Source: Callorhinchus milii (lineage: Eukaryota). From it: a DNA stretch of 64,000 nucleotides. The stretch spans positions 67,520,001 to 67,584,000 of the forward strand of contig NW_024704742.1 in NCBI RefSeq assembly GCF_018977255.1. The letters run 5' to 3'. The translations under genes and the position numbers were made by a program. A model generated the notes under the pieces. The model saw only the letters and a list, made by a program, of their open reading frames with translations. It ran no database searches and was not told the DNA's origin. Shown piece by piece: positions 25,627 to 38,197 of this stretch; positions within the stretch are counted from its first letter, which is position 1, and the number at the start of each line of letters is the position of its first letter.

Positions 25627-26155
25627 TCTCCCTCAGACTCACCAAATCCCTGCGCAATTTAGGTGTCAGGTTCAATCCCCAGCTTTCCTTTCTACCACGC
25701 ATCCATTCCCTGACCAGGACTGCTTTTTCCACCTTCATCACATTGCCCACCTCCGTCCATACCTCACAACCGACACAGCTGAAATCCTTGTCCACACCTT
25801 CATCACTTCCCAGCTGGACTATTCCAATGCCCACCTCGCTGGTCTCCTCAGCTCCTCCATACACAACATGTGACTAATTAAAAACTCCACCGTCCAGATA
25901 CTCACCCGCATAAAACTCCATACCCCATCACACCAGTGCTTGTCAGGCTCCACTGGCTCTCAAATGTCTCACTCATTTCCAAATCCCTTCATGCCCTCAC
26001 ACCTACTTACCTATCTGATCTGCGTACCATCCATCTCCCCACATCCATTACCCCACCCGCTGCCTCCGCTCAGCTGGCTCCGGCCACCTGCTTTGCCCCT
26101 CGTCCCCTCTGCTCCACCATCGGTGGCCGTGCCTTCAGCCACTACACTCCAAATT
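25627..26155 (+). mobile_element. L2 LINE 3' RT fragment
   Basis: [33 protein letters not shown] and LVHTFITSQLDYSNAHLAGL; homologous to 17190-17730. Confidence 0.9.
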
Positions 26156-26404
26156 ATTTGACCTTGAGGTCTAATGTGTGGGTTACGTTTAGGCGTATAT
26201 CCGTTAGTATTTGCACCACCATCTCCTCTCCCTCCCCTGCTCCACCCCTCTCCACCCCACCAATCTCACTGCTGATATCTGTGAAGCTCAGTCACAAGTA
26301 TAGAATCTCGTCAATCTTGTCATTTGACTTGTGGGAGCAGGACCGAAAACCTTAACCAAACCAAAAGCTCAGAGTAAAACCATGAGGCTGGGAGACGAAC
26401 GCAG

Positions 26405-26595
26405 TAACCAACACCGTGGTTAAGAGTATCCAAACCAGACTGAGAATTACACGCGTCCCACACGTAAATGCAAATGCCCGTATCTGGAATAGAATGCGCA
26501 CTGTCTCCCCGGAGGGACGCACCCTGCTTACCTAAACCCAGAGAGTATTCGGCACAGACTGGCGAGAGGCAAGGTTTGGGGCCCCAGAGTGTGCC
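26405..26595. repeat. Repeat family X copy
   Basis: ggttaagagtatccaaaccagactgagaatt...ctccccggagggacgcaccctgcttacctaa. Confidence 0.75.
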
Positions 26596-27216
26596 TCCGT
26601 CAGATTGTTTGACACGGCTGTTTGTGGGACACTGTTATGCGCAATTGTCTGTCGCGTTTCGTCCACCAAATATACAATCAATTCACTTTACAATATATTC
26701 TATGAAGCGCTTTGAGACGTCTCAAAGACCTGATAAGGCGCCATATCAAATGCAAGAATTATTATTATTATGATTATTATTGGCCGTATCTGGAATATTG
26801 TGAATTTCTAAATTTCAGCAACTTTAGATCAAATCAGTTTAGTGGTCTTAAGCAAACAATTGACAAATATTGTCTATTGTGTTAAGGTGCACATTCTCGA
26901 CTGATTTTTTGGTTGGTGCTATCTACCCAACATGGACCTAAGTCACACAAACTCTTTGTCTGCACTGAGGTAGCTGATATCAGCCACCGTAAACTTTCCT
27001 CTTTCAGCAGCTCACCTACTGATAGAACTTTTCCTCTCTCATATGTGATAATTGTTGGCATGTGACAATTAATATTGGTGATCAGTTTGGAATATGATAA
27101 TTATTACCTGTGCTAATTGTTGAAATGCAATAATTATCAACTCTGCTATTTGTTGAAAGTGCTCCTCAATATTTCTATTTGCCTGTTTCTTAGTGAAATT
27201 ATAATTTTTTGGGGGG

Positions 27217-27612
27217 GTCAGCCGGGTGTCTGACACATGAGGAAACCCATCACCATGCTTACGCGTATCCAAACCAAACAAAGTTTCATGCACCCCACCT
27301 ACACCCCACCTACCTCTCTGCCCTCCCTCATCCCAACCCTGCCCCCCATGCTCAGGTCCTGATCCCCGACTATTCAGCGCTTTGGGACGTCCTCCAGACA
27401 TGAAAGGCGCTTTACAAATGTAATTTTGTTGTTTGTTGTACACATGAAAATTCCAGTGATAGATTGTTGCAAGGGAATGATCATTCACTTCCTGGAGGGA
27501 TGCATCCTGTTTACCTAATTCTGTAAAGTATTAGGCGCAGGTTGACAGGAGCTTGGGGACTCCAGAGTGTGCGTTGGGGTACTGCTGGAGTTTCACCAGC
27601 TAAAGCCACATA
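27217..27612. repeat. Repeat family X copy split by an L2 3' tail fragment
   Basis: gtcagccgggtgtctgacacatgaggaaacccatcaccatgctt at 27218; resumes ~27487 with cctggagggatgcatcctgtttacctaattc; L2 tail ~27310-27440. Confidence 0.75.
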
Positions 27613-28489
27613 CCTTGCCATTGATAATGAATTTGTAACAATAAAATAGACTAGAGGATGTTTTAGCATTGCATGGGAACTTGCCTCTGTGCCAATTCCT
27701 TAAATATAAGAACATAATTCAGGAATATCTGTCACGCACAGTAGAACAGTAACCAAGATTCACATCTGTTGGGTACATTAGTCACTGAATACCATGTAAT
27801 CCCATATTCTTGCTCATGCTTTTAATTCCATGCAATGATATCATTCTCCCAAGAGGCATAGCTGGGAGGTTGTCCAAGAATGGATCTTGGATGGGATTAG
27901 AATATTTGGTTGCTGAAAGTTTATCACTATTAGATATATTTTGTGTCAGCCTGGCTCAGTTTGTAGCATTTTCGCATTTTGAGTCAGAAGGTTGTGAATT
28001 CGAGCCCCACATCAGGACTTGGAACCCATATAGTTCAGGATGACTTTCTGTGCAATGCACAGGGTGGGGGCGGGGGGGGAATGACCTGCATTGTTAATCC
28101 CTACTCTACAATGCGCCACCTCCGCTCAGCTGGCTCTGGCCTCCTGCTTGTCCGTAGTCCCCTCTGCTCCACCATCGCTGGCCGTACTTTCAGCTGCTAC
28201 ACCTCAAAAATTTGGAACTCTCTCCCTCAATCCCTTGGCCTTGCCTCCCCCTTCCCCATTTTCACACCTGAAGACCTTCCTCTTCGACGGTGCTTACAGT
28301 CACCTTCTCCCTCGCCTGAGTGAACAACAGCAACAAATTATATTTTTATAGCACCCTTCATGTCAGGAGGATGTCCCAAGGTGCTGAGTGAAGAGCACTA
28401 TACAAATGAAAGTTGTTGTTGTTGAATCTCTCTCTGGAAGCCACATCTTACCCACGTTGAGAAGCCCAGGGTCCTGGCTTCAAAATGTA

Positions 28490-28855
28490 TCATAGCATAG
28501 AGGCTAGCATGCTCGCCTCGCAAGCAAAATGACCTGGGTTTGATTCCCAGGCAGGGCAAAACCTTCGGCAAGTTTCCTTACTCCGCACGCCTCTGTTTAT
28601 CCAGCAGTAAGTAGGAACCTAGCTGTTAGTTGATTTTTCGGATTGCATTCTGAGGGCAATAATTCATTCAAAAAAAGATTTTAAAAAAATGTGTTCACTA
28701 ATCCACGACTGTTTGTGGGACACTGCTGTGCACAATTGGCTGCTACGTTTCACCCACAAAACACACAGTCAATTCACTTCACAGTATTTTCTGTGAAGTG
28801 CTTTGAAACATCTCAACAACGTAATAAGGCGCTATATCAAATGCAAGGATTATTA
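28490..28855 (+). mobile_element. SINE family A, full length
   Basis: ctcgcctcgcaagc...ggtttgattccc...ggcgctatatcaaatgcaaggattatta. Confidence 0.88.
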
Positions 28856-28939
28856 CAACAACAACTTGCATTTGTATAGCATCCTCACACAGGGCAGCAT
28901 CACAGAGCATTATTATTATTAACATGCCTGCCAACCCTG

Positions 28940-29130
28940 ACATGGACATTCAATACGTCGCTGTTTCTTCATTATCGCTGGGGCAGACTCCTGGCACTAT
29001 CTATCCCATACCATTGCTGCAAAGGACTGTAGTGGTTTAAAGAGAAGCCCTCCCAACCACTACCTTCTCAGGGCAACCAGCAACAGGCAATAAACACTGA
29101 GTGTTGCCACATTCACCCATAATCCAAGAG
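28940..29130 (+). mobile_element. Degenerate CR1-clade LINE 3' end
   Basis: ttcttcattatcgctgggg...ccactaccttctcagggcaacc...ggcaataaacactg resembles recalled CR1-type 3' ends. Confidence 0.45.
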
Positions 29131-29179
29131 GAGTAACAAATACATACTACAAGTTGCCAACTTTTCACTATATCTTTAT

Positions 29180-29500
29180 GTGGAGTCCTGTAGCTCAGTG
29201 GTTAGAGCACTCGCTTTGCAAGTGAGAGACCTGAGTTCAATTCCAGGCAGAGGGCGAAACCTTGGGCAAGTTTCCTTACTCCACACAGAGCCTAATAATA
29301 ATCCCTCCAAAACCAAACACAATAATAAATTGGTCATTTTCAATCTACGACTGTTTGTGGGACATTGCTGTGCGCAATTGGCTGCCGCGTTCGCCCACAA
29401 ATATACAGTCAATTCACTTTACAGTGTGTTCTGTGAAGCGCTTTGGGACGTCCTCCCGACGTGAAAAGCGATATATCAAATGCAAGGATTATTATTATTA
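29180..29500 (+). mobile_element. SINE family A, short variant (young)
   Basis: Intact A-box tagctcagtgg and B-box gagttcaattcc; nearly identical to the inverted copy at 59588-59922. Confidence 0.92.
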
Positions 29501-29982
29501 TAATATTTATACTATGAAGATGCAGTCAAAAGCTGGCAAAAGAAGTTGGCCTCAGCGATAATATAAGTATTACGTGTTTACGGTCATCTCCTTCCTCCCC
29601 CCAACTCAGCATCAGGCTCCTCCATTGTTAAGTGCACAGCGATATAAAAATGCAAGTTGTTCTTGTTACTGTTGTTGCTGTGAATGTAAATTGTATTGTG
29701 TAATGGGATGTGCAGTTCTAAAGACATTGCCTAAAAGATAGCTACTTTTACCGTTCAGAAATAATTCATTAAACAATAATTAAATAATTAGCTCTTATGA
29801 AATTGAGTTATGTTGGAATTCTTGGTCTGGTGTTCAGATCCTTCCGATGTGAAAGGCGCTACATAAATGCAGTCTGTTGTTGTTTTTCAGTATTAAGTTT
29901 GGTTCAATTGTCTTCTGTTCTTTCTCCCTTGTTCTCTTTTTGGTACAGATTGAAGGCTCCTCGATGTGACTACGGAGTCCTT

Positions 29983-30000
29983 TGCCACCAGGGGGAGCTC
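29983..30000 (+). promoter_or_regulatory. CTCF-like motif
   Basis: tgccaccagggggagctc closely matches the CTCF core CCACCAGGGGGCGC. Confidence 0.6.
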
Positions 30001-31319
30001 AACGCTGATGAGGAAACCAGCCTTGCTCTTCTCATGGGTCCCAGTTACAAATTTATTAACTGTTCACTGAATCGTAGAAAGTTAGGAGGACGTGATTTGG
30101 CCCATCATGTCTGTGCTGATGTACCTCTGAAGCCTGAACTCTAATCCCATTCCCCTTGCCCAGTCTTCATTCACATTCATATCTTATTAGTAATAATCTT
30201 TGCATTTGATATAGTTCCTTTAATTTCTTGCTCCCTCGATCCCCTCTTTCAAAGCATGTCTGAAAACCTCTCCTGGATCCCACCCTCAGCTTGAGTGCCC
30301 CAGATGAAATTGTAAGGCACTTTAATCCATCCTCCCAACATGAAAGGCACTATATAAATTTTAATTTATGCATGGAGACCCACAAAGTAGTGGTTAGAGC
30401 ACTTGCCTCGCAAACGAGAGGACCAGGGTTCGATTCCCGGGCATGGCAAAACCTTAGGCAAGTTTCCTTACTCCACACTCCTCTGTTTATCCAGCAGTAA
30501 GTAGGAATCGAGTTGTTAGTCTATTGGCAGATCGCTTTTTGGGGCATGTGTGATGTGTATTGTGTGCTAGCATTTGCTTCTGAAACACATTGAGGTTTAT
30601 TCCACATTATCCAACAAAGGGGGTAAAGTTTTGCAGTGCAAATGTTATGTTTCTGGAAAGGAAACACAAAATAATGCTTATGCGGCTGTCGGATATTTCT
30701 CAAATAGGACATCCGGCCCTCAGCAGCCAAAAGGTTGAACCACTCTGGTTTAAACTATTAGCCCATTTTGTGTGTGTGTGATGATACTGGTCAGCATGTC
30801 AGTCATGGAGCCTTGAGTAATAGTTGGGTAGTTGCAAATTGTCAACAATCCCTGCCCAAAAAATGTTTTCACTCAATCCACGACTGTTTGTGGGACACTG
30901 TTGTGCGTAATTGACTGCTGTGTTTCGCCCACAAAATATAGCCAATTCAATTTGCAATATATTCTGTGAAGCGCTTTGAGATGTCTCAATGACATGATAA
31001 AGTGCTATACCAAATGCAAGTGTTAGTATTATTTAATATTGTATGAAATTAAGATTATGTTGGAATTCTCGGTCGAGTGTACATACTCTCTTAACATGGC
31101 TGACCAAAAATAAAAACCACAGCAGGCAGCTTCCCAATCTACAACCAATTAAAAACAATTTAAATTTTAAAAAAATTGGTCATTCAATCCATGGCTGTTT
31201 GTGGGACACTGCTGTGTGCAATCGGCTTCTGGGTTTCACCCACAAAGTATAGTCAATTCACTTTACAATACATTTTGTGAAGCTCTTTGAGATGTCTCAA
31301 TGAAGTGATAATAATATAT

Positions 31320-31692
31320 AATAATAATCCTTGCATTTGATATAGTGCTTTTCACATCTTCTAGACATCTCAAAGCCCTTCACAGAATATACTGTAAAGT
31401 TAATTCACTGTATATTTGTGGGAGAAACCCGGCAGACAATTGCGCACAGCAGTGTCCCACAAACAGTCGCAGATTGAGTGACCACATTGCTATTGTGTTT
31501 TTTTTTGAGGGATTATTATCCCCAAAAGAGCAATCCGTCAATCGACTAACAACCGGGTTCCTACTTACTGCTAGGTAAATAGAGGCGTGTGGAGTAAGGA
31601 AACTTGCCTAACGTTTCACCCTACCTGGGAATCAAACCCAGGTCTCTCGCTTGAGAGCAAGTGCTCTTAACCACTGAGCTGCAGGATTCCAC
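31320..31692 (-). mobile_element. SINE family A, full length, tail-to-tail with a + strand SINE tail (31175-31310)
   Basis: Complete reverse copy ending ccactgagctgcaggattccac. Confidence 0.88.
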
Positions 31693-33149
31693 AAATGAGG
31701 CGCTACATCAAATGCAAGTATTATTATTGTTACAGTATTAATTTAGCAAGTTGAGAATCAGAAAACGCTGAATACAAATGGAAGCAGCTACCCTCATTTG
31801 CAAAATGGAACAGACTCCTTGTCTTAGTGTTGGAGACCAGGTAGCAGCTGAAACAGTCAGAGAGAGAGACTGCACTCTGTGAAATGCTGATAACAGCCAC
31901 AAATAGCAAGAAGCAATGAAATCATTCCCCACTGGAGTTTACGTGGGAACATTGGAATGTATAGGACCGGAAAAGACCATTTCAGGCCAGCTGGCTTCTT
32001 GCAAAGCAAAAAAAGATAATAATAATAATAACTCAATAATTCCACACTAATCCATCTCTCACAACCTTTACTGAATTGTTTACCGAATAGGTATCTTAAT
32101 ACCCCCCTGGATTTTGCTGACACAATCTGCTTCCATCATCTCCCTTGATACTGTATAACAATAATCTTTGTACTTGGTGCAGAGCCTGTTAAGTTAAGAT
32201 ATCTCAAAGGTTTTCTCAGTATGTTAAGTTAAGTGTATTGAGCTCTGCATAAAATAATTAATTCCGAACTGCACATTCACCTTCCACCTTCTGAGATTGC
32301 ATCTGGGCTCTCACAGAATCAGTGACAGGTTAAAACAAAATAAATAATAATCCTTGCATTGGACATAGCGCCTTTGACGCCGGGAGGACGTCTCAAAGGG
32401 CTTCATAAAGCTTTACTGTGAAGTGGTGTGACTATTTTTGTTCGCGAACATGGCAGCCAATTTGGCAATACAGCAACATCCCACAAACAGTCAATGTTAT
32501 ACAATTCCAAGTGATGTTGCACAAGATAACTATAAAAATATTGATACGTACAAAATAATTTGTTGCATTAAAACATATATACACATGAACGGCTGGTATC
32601 CTCCTATAGTATAATGGGGTGAAATTGTTATTGATAATTACCACAGGGAACAAATTACAAAATGCTGCAAACTTCACTCCAATGTTAGGAACATATCAGT
32701 GCCAGTTTATTTTGCAGGCGATCCACAGCAGTCAATTTCCACACAGCCATGTCTCACAAACAGCTTTGAAATGAATGACCAATTTTTGTGTTGGATTATT
32801 GGCTAGCTCGGACACTGGGAGAAACTCCCTTAAGAACATAAGAATTTGCTAGGCAAAAGGAGACCAAGGCCCATCTAGTTCTCCTTCCACCATCCTGACA
32901 GTCACTTGACATGTCACGTCCCAAACTATAATCTGTATCCTGAATATTTTTTAACAGAAATCTATCTGATTTGTTCTTGAAACAAACAACACTTTCTGCT
33001 TCCACTGTATCCCCTAGGGAGCCTGTTCCATTCCTTTACTGCTCGCTCACTGAAGTAGTTTTCCGCAGATTTGTTTTGAATTTACGCCCCTTCAATCGCA
33101 GGCCATGTTCTCTGGTTCTACTGTTTAGTACCAGATAAAATACCTTATC

Positions 33150-33392
33150 ATTATCCCTTGCCTTTTCAAATAGAGCCGTAAGATCTTTAACATCCACCTG
33201 AACAGACGGAACCCTCAGTTCAACATCGCATTCGAAGGACGGGATCACCAAAAATGCAACATACCCACAGCACTGCATTGGGAGGGACAGTCTACACTAC
33301 AGTACATCAGTTCAAAATCTCGAAGTGGGGCTTGAACCCACAACCTTCTGACTCAGAGGAGTGAGTGTGACCGATTGAGCCAGACTGACGCA
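33150..33392 (-). mobile_element. SINE family B
   Basis: atctttaacatccacctgaacag...gggcttgaacccacaaccttctgactcagag. Confidence 0.8.
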
Positions 33393-35164
33393 GTGTGACT
33401 TTTCCCCTTTTTACAGATGACAACCTTGCGCTTCAATTAGTTTGAACAGCTAATTGGCGTCGGCTGCTGGTTCGTGCACCTAGTTATTTCCGACCTATTT
33501 ATCCAGGCTGCATTTATTAAAACTTCCATAAAAACAGGCAGCAGCCAGCAACCTGGTTTACGACAGAGCCTTTATCTAGAGTAACATATAGGAATGTCTT
33601 AAAGGTACATCATGTCCATGTTAAAGTGGTTTCCAATCTTCTTTTTGGCTTCAACACTCCCCCTCCCTCCCCCTCGACTCCCTTCCACAAACCCTGTCTC
33701 CATTGTCACCGGAGTCAGGGAGGGAGGGAGGGAGGGAGGGAGAGAAGGGAAGGAAGAGTTAAAACCAAAAACTTAGTTTCTGAGCCAAAATCGGTCCCTC
33801 ATTTACTTCACGGCTGTTTGTGGGACACCTATGTGGGTAAATTGGCTGCCGCGTTTCACCCACAAAATACATGGTCAATCCACTTTACGGTATATCCTGT
33901 GAAGAGCTTTGAAACAACATGATAAGCCGCTATATCAAATGCAAGAATTATTATTATTATAATTACTAAGACGTTCTTCAGATGTGAGAGGCATTATAGA
34001 AATGTAAGTTGTATTCTATTCCCGCCACCTTGACTCCATTCCTCCCTGACTCCATATTCCCTCTCCCTAACCCCGATTCCTCTAAACCTGGTAATAAAAG
34101 CACTAACATCTCAAGCCTTTCTTTGTGAGTGATGTTCCCTCATTCCTGAGTGATATCCTAGCAAATCTACACTGCACTTTGTCATTGCTTTTATATCATT
34201 CATATTAGGATCAGGCGCAAACACAGCACTGGCAGAAAAGCCATCAATCTCACTATTCTGAACAGAGAAAGTCACATAAACAAGCGCATACAGCGGGGTG
34301 ATGGTTACCCTGTGCTGTGGGGAGCACTGGACTGGAGTGTAGACTGTAAACAATGTGTAAATAACTGCAGTATTTACACACTGTCATTGACTATTTCTCT
34401 CTTCCAGTTCCCGTCCACCCGCCCCCGCCCCCCCCACTTGACACCCCCACCTCCCCACCCACTTCGAACCCCACTAGCCGCACTCCCACCCCTCGTTCCG
34501 ACCTGAAATAAAAACATAAGCACCTACATCAACCAGGGAAAGGGGGTGGGTGGGGGGCTCGATCAGTCACTGTGTGGTGAATCAATGCTACAGTCTAGCT
34601 GAGTTCTCTCTCTCTCTCTCATTCACTCACCTCATGACTGGTTCTGTTTGCCTGATAATCAAAATTTATATAGTGAGAGCCTTTGACAAAAACTATGAAT
34701 TGGCTCTTTAGAAAGGAGCCACCGGTGCAAAGCTGGAAATGTTTGCTTTGGGGCGAGAGGGAGAGCTGGCGTCAGCCGGGGCAGAGGACATGCCAGTGGA
34801 ATGTAATATCAGGAGGAAGCAGTGGGTCATTCAATTGCTGGCAACGTGCCTGGCCACAACTGGATGTCTTTTGTGTTTGTATCCATTTATAATAATCACT
34901 GTGTGCACATAACACGCTTCTGTGTTTGCTGGGAAATACAGGGGAAAAAAAGGAGAGAGCAAGCAAGAGAGAGAGCAAAGAGATGCAAGGGAAGCAAGCT
35001 TAGAGAAAGCCTTGCTTTCTGATCCTCTCAAGGTCTCTATATTTTTCTTCTCTTCTTGTGTCTCTGTCAAGATAGGAAAAATATGTCTTCAGTCGCTTTG
35101 TTTTACTGGTTTAGCTTTTTATTTGGGGTGGTGGGGGGGTTCTGGACTGTGATATTCCACAGAC

Positions 35165-35600
35165 AACAATAATAATAATAATCCTTGCATTGGATATAGC
35201 GCCTTATCATGCTGTTGAGATGTCTCAAAATGTTTCACAGAATATAATAATAATAATCCTTGCATTCGATACAGCGACTTATCTTGTCTTCGAGACATTT
35301 CAAAGCGCTTCACAGGATGCACTGTAAAGGATAGTGACTGTGTGTTAAGTGGGTGAAATACGGCAGCCAATTGGCACCAGCAGTATCCCACAAACAGTCG
35401 TGGATTGAGTGACCCTATTTTTATGGAGGGATTATTCTCCTCCAGAAAGCAATCTGCTAATCGACGAGCAATCAGCTTGCTACATACTGCAGGTAAACAG
35501 AGGCATGTGGAGTAAGGAAACTTGCCTAAGGTTTCACTCCGCCCAGGAATTGAACCCTCTTGCTTGCAAGGCGAGTTTGCTAACAATACGCCAGGACTGC
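35165..35600 (-). mobile_element. SINE family A with extra tail
   Basis: Two (aat)n ccttgcatt tails, then body and head in reverse. Confidence 0.8.
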
Positions 35601-37994
35601 ATGACAAACCTTGTCCTGTTTGGTTTGTTCGCTGGCCCAGAGACATATCCTGATGCCTTTCAGAGTTGCCATTTTTATAATTGAGTGACTCGGAAAAAAT
35701 ATATACATTTCCCATTCTCAGCCAGTTCTCTGAGATCTGACCTCTGCCAGCCTCCACACTGCTATCACCCGCTGCTATCAGCAGGGGCTGCAGTCAATGG
35801 GTCCTTTGTTTGCACTGAAGAGAAATTTGCTTAAGCTGTCAGGAGACATGCTTAGCATGGCTCCTGACAAGTCTCCCCCCTCCCACTACTCTCCCTGAGC
35901 CAGAAGAGCACTCCCACATGGCAAGTGCCCTCCGCCTATAGTGATCCAGATTAGAGGCCGCCTATGGAGGGATTTCTCACATAAGGTGGCAAGCCATCCT
36001 TCTAAATAGCAACCTACAATGGAAAGCATTCATGAGGTCTGTAGCTGACAAGATCACCCGCTGGGAATGCTGTGATCCAGACATTGTCTTCGGAGTGTGA
36101 AAGAGGTGCATGTATGTGCGTGAGTTACGTCAGCCTCTTACAGTAGGGAATGAGTAGCAGCAATGCATTGCTGATACCCAATCCTCCTGACGTGAAAGGC
36201 GCTATACAAATGTAATTTGCTGTTGTAGTCCTCCCAACATGAAGCTGCAATAGAAATGTAATTTGTTGTTGTTGAGACTCGCAGAGCACTCAGTTTTAAT
36301 TTAATAACCTGTGCTTCAAATGAGGCATTAAACCGAGGCCCCTTCTGCCTGTTCGAGTGGATCTTTCAGGTGGACGTTTATGATCCCATGGTGCTATTCG
36401 AAAAGAGAAGGGAGTTTCACCCAGTGTCCTGACCAACAATCCCCCAGATAAAATAAAACCCTGTTCAGGTGTATGTTAAAGATCCCATGACACTTTTCCA
36501 ATGTGCCTATATATATTGTATATATACGGCACATGTCACTCTCAAAATGTTGCAATATCTCACGTAATGAATTTGTCCCAGAACAGGTGGAAATTCTAGG
36601 ATGTTTCCATTGTTTGGTTGGCATGAATGTATCTCCACAAAACTCATGCAAACAGCCTTCAGGAATTCAACGTGTAAATGTATGCCCCTCATCCCAATAC
36701 ACTGATCTCAAGTTAGAGTTCAGGTCTGAGGTTCGAGTCCAGATCTCAGATTACAATCTAGGTGTTATGTTGGAATCCAGATCTCAGATTAGAGTCCAGA
36801 TCTCATGAGTCAAAGTGGCCAAACCTGCAGAAAGCACAAGGTCACAAGGCGTCAATAACAGACTCCTTTTCCGTCCTGGAAACTTTCATGATATAATTTT
36901 AACATTTCATATTTTTTCCTTAAGTCAGCGACCTTAAGCACACTGGAAACAATGGAAAATCCCTGCCTTGTTCTGCTCCAGGAACACTGGGAAACAGGAA
37001 CCGAAGAGGTCATTCAGCCCATCGAGCCTGTTCCACCGTCTTATTAAATCTTAACTGATGTTTTAATCCTAATGCCCTCTTTTGCCATGCTCTTTTATAC
37101 TTCTATTACCCAAGTATCAGTCTAGCTCTCATTTCATGCTCACCTGTACAGCTTTCTGAGAGGTGGTGGGGTGGGGGGTTGGGGAGGGGGCAGTGAATTT
37201 CACATCTTAACAACACTAAAGTGGGGATCTGTGACTTGCCAAAGTTACTGCACAAAGTGACACCTGGTCAGAATAATACACAGATTTACCCCTTCCCCCC
37301 CTCACCACTCACACACATACACACTCACACTCAAAAGCACCCGACAGCTGCTTGATATATGATATAAACAGCACGGCAGTAAAGGGGAAAGAGTTGTTGC
37401 TGGAAGGAAGCTGTGTGCTGTGGAACTGCAGGGAAGCAGTGGGTGAAGGACATTTATTTTCTCAGCTGTGCCTTTTTGGCTCCGAGCTGCATTGTCACGT
37501 GGTCCACTCGTTTGCACCTGTGTGATCACACATCAAGATATCAGAGATTCGCAGGGAAAGGTTTCAATTCTCCAAACAACTCCCTCCCCCCCAAAATAAT
37601 TTGGTCACTCAATCCACGACTGCTTGTGGGACACTGCTGTGTGCAATTGGCTGCTGCATTTCACCCACAAAATATACACGTAATTCACTTTAAAATATAT
37701 TCTGTGAAGCGCTTTGAGACGTCTCAATGACTTGATAAGGCACTATATTTGATAAAAGCAGCTGATGTCATCAGGTATCTGACATGTCCCTCCAGGGAGA
37801 GAGTGGGGAGTGGTCAGGCTCAGGATAATGGCACCTTCTACATTCGAGTGGCTAATGACATATATGAGCAATGGCTACTTGTGCTGGGAATTATTGGTGG
37901 GTGACCAGTGCCAACCAGCACCCTCCAATATTCTCCAGTATTACCCCGGCAAGAGGAGGTCAGACGAGGGGCAAGAACAATAGCAAATTGTTAA

Positions 37995-38197
37995 CAGCGA
38001 TCTGGAATGCACTGCCTGAAAGGGTGATGGAAGCAGATTCAATAGTATCTTTCAAAAGAGAATATATATTTAAACAGGAAAAAATTGCAAGGCTATGGGG
38101 TAAGAGTGGGGCAGGTGGACTAGTTGGGTAGCTCTTTCAAAGAGCCGGCACAGGCACAATGGGCCGAATGGCCTCCTTTTGTGCTGTATGATTCTAT
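37995..38197 (+). mobile_element. CR1 LINE 3' end
   Basis: AIWNALPERVMEADSIVSFKRE, then gggccgaatggcctccttttgtgctgtatgattctat. Confidence 0.85.

Noticed and set aside
29180..29260. tRNA gene (Ala/Val-like)
   Set aside because: A and B boxes are present, but there is no proper acceptor stem or terminator and the sequence continues into a SINE body repeated many times.
30001..30045. Hammerhead ribozyme (CTGATGA...GAAAC)
   Set aside because: There is no room for stem II, and I could not find convincing stem I/III pairing or a cleavage triplet.
30545..30750. Possible hAT MITE end (ccggccctcagcagccaaaaggttgaacc)
   Set aside because: Only one degenerate terminus; no matching TIR or TSD identified.
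35119..35757. 212-aa ORF and many similar ORFs containing [11 protein letters not shown] / [10 protein letters not shown]
   Set aside because: These recurrent peptides are translations of SINE bodies, not a protein family.
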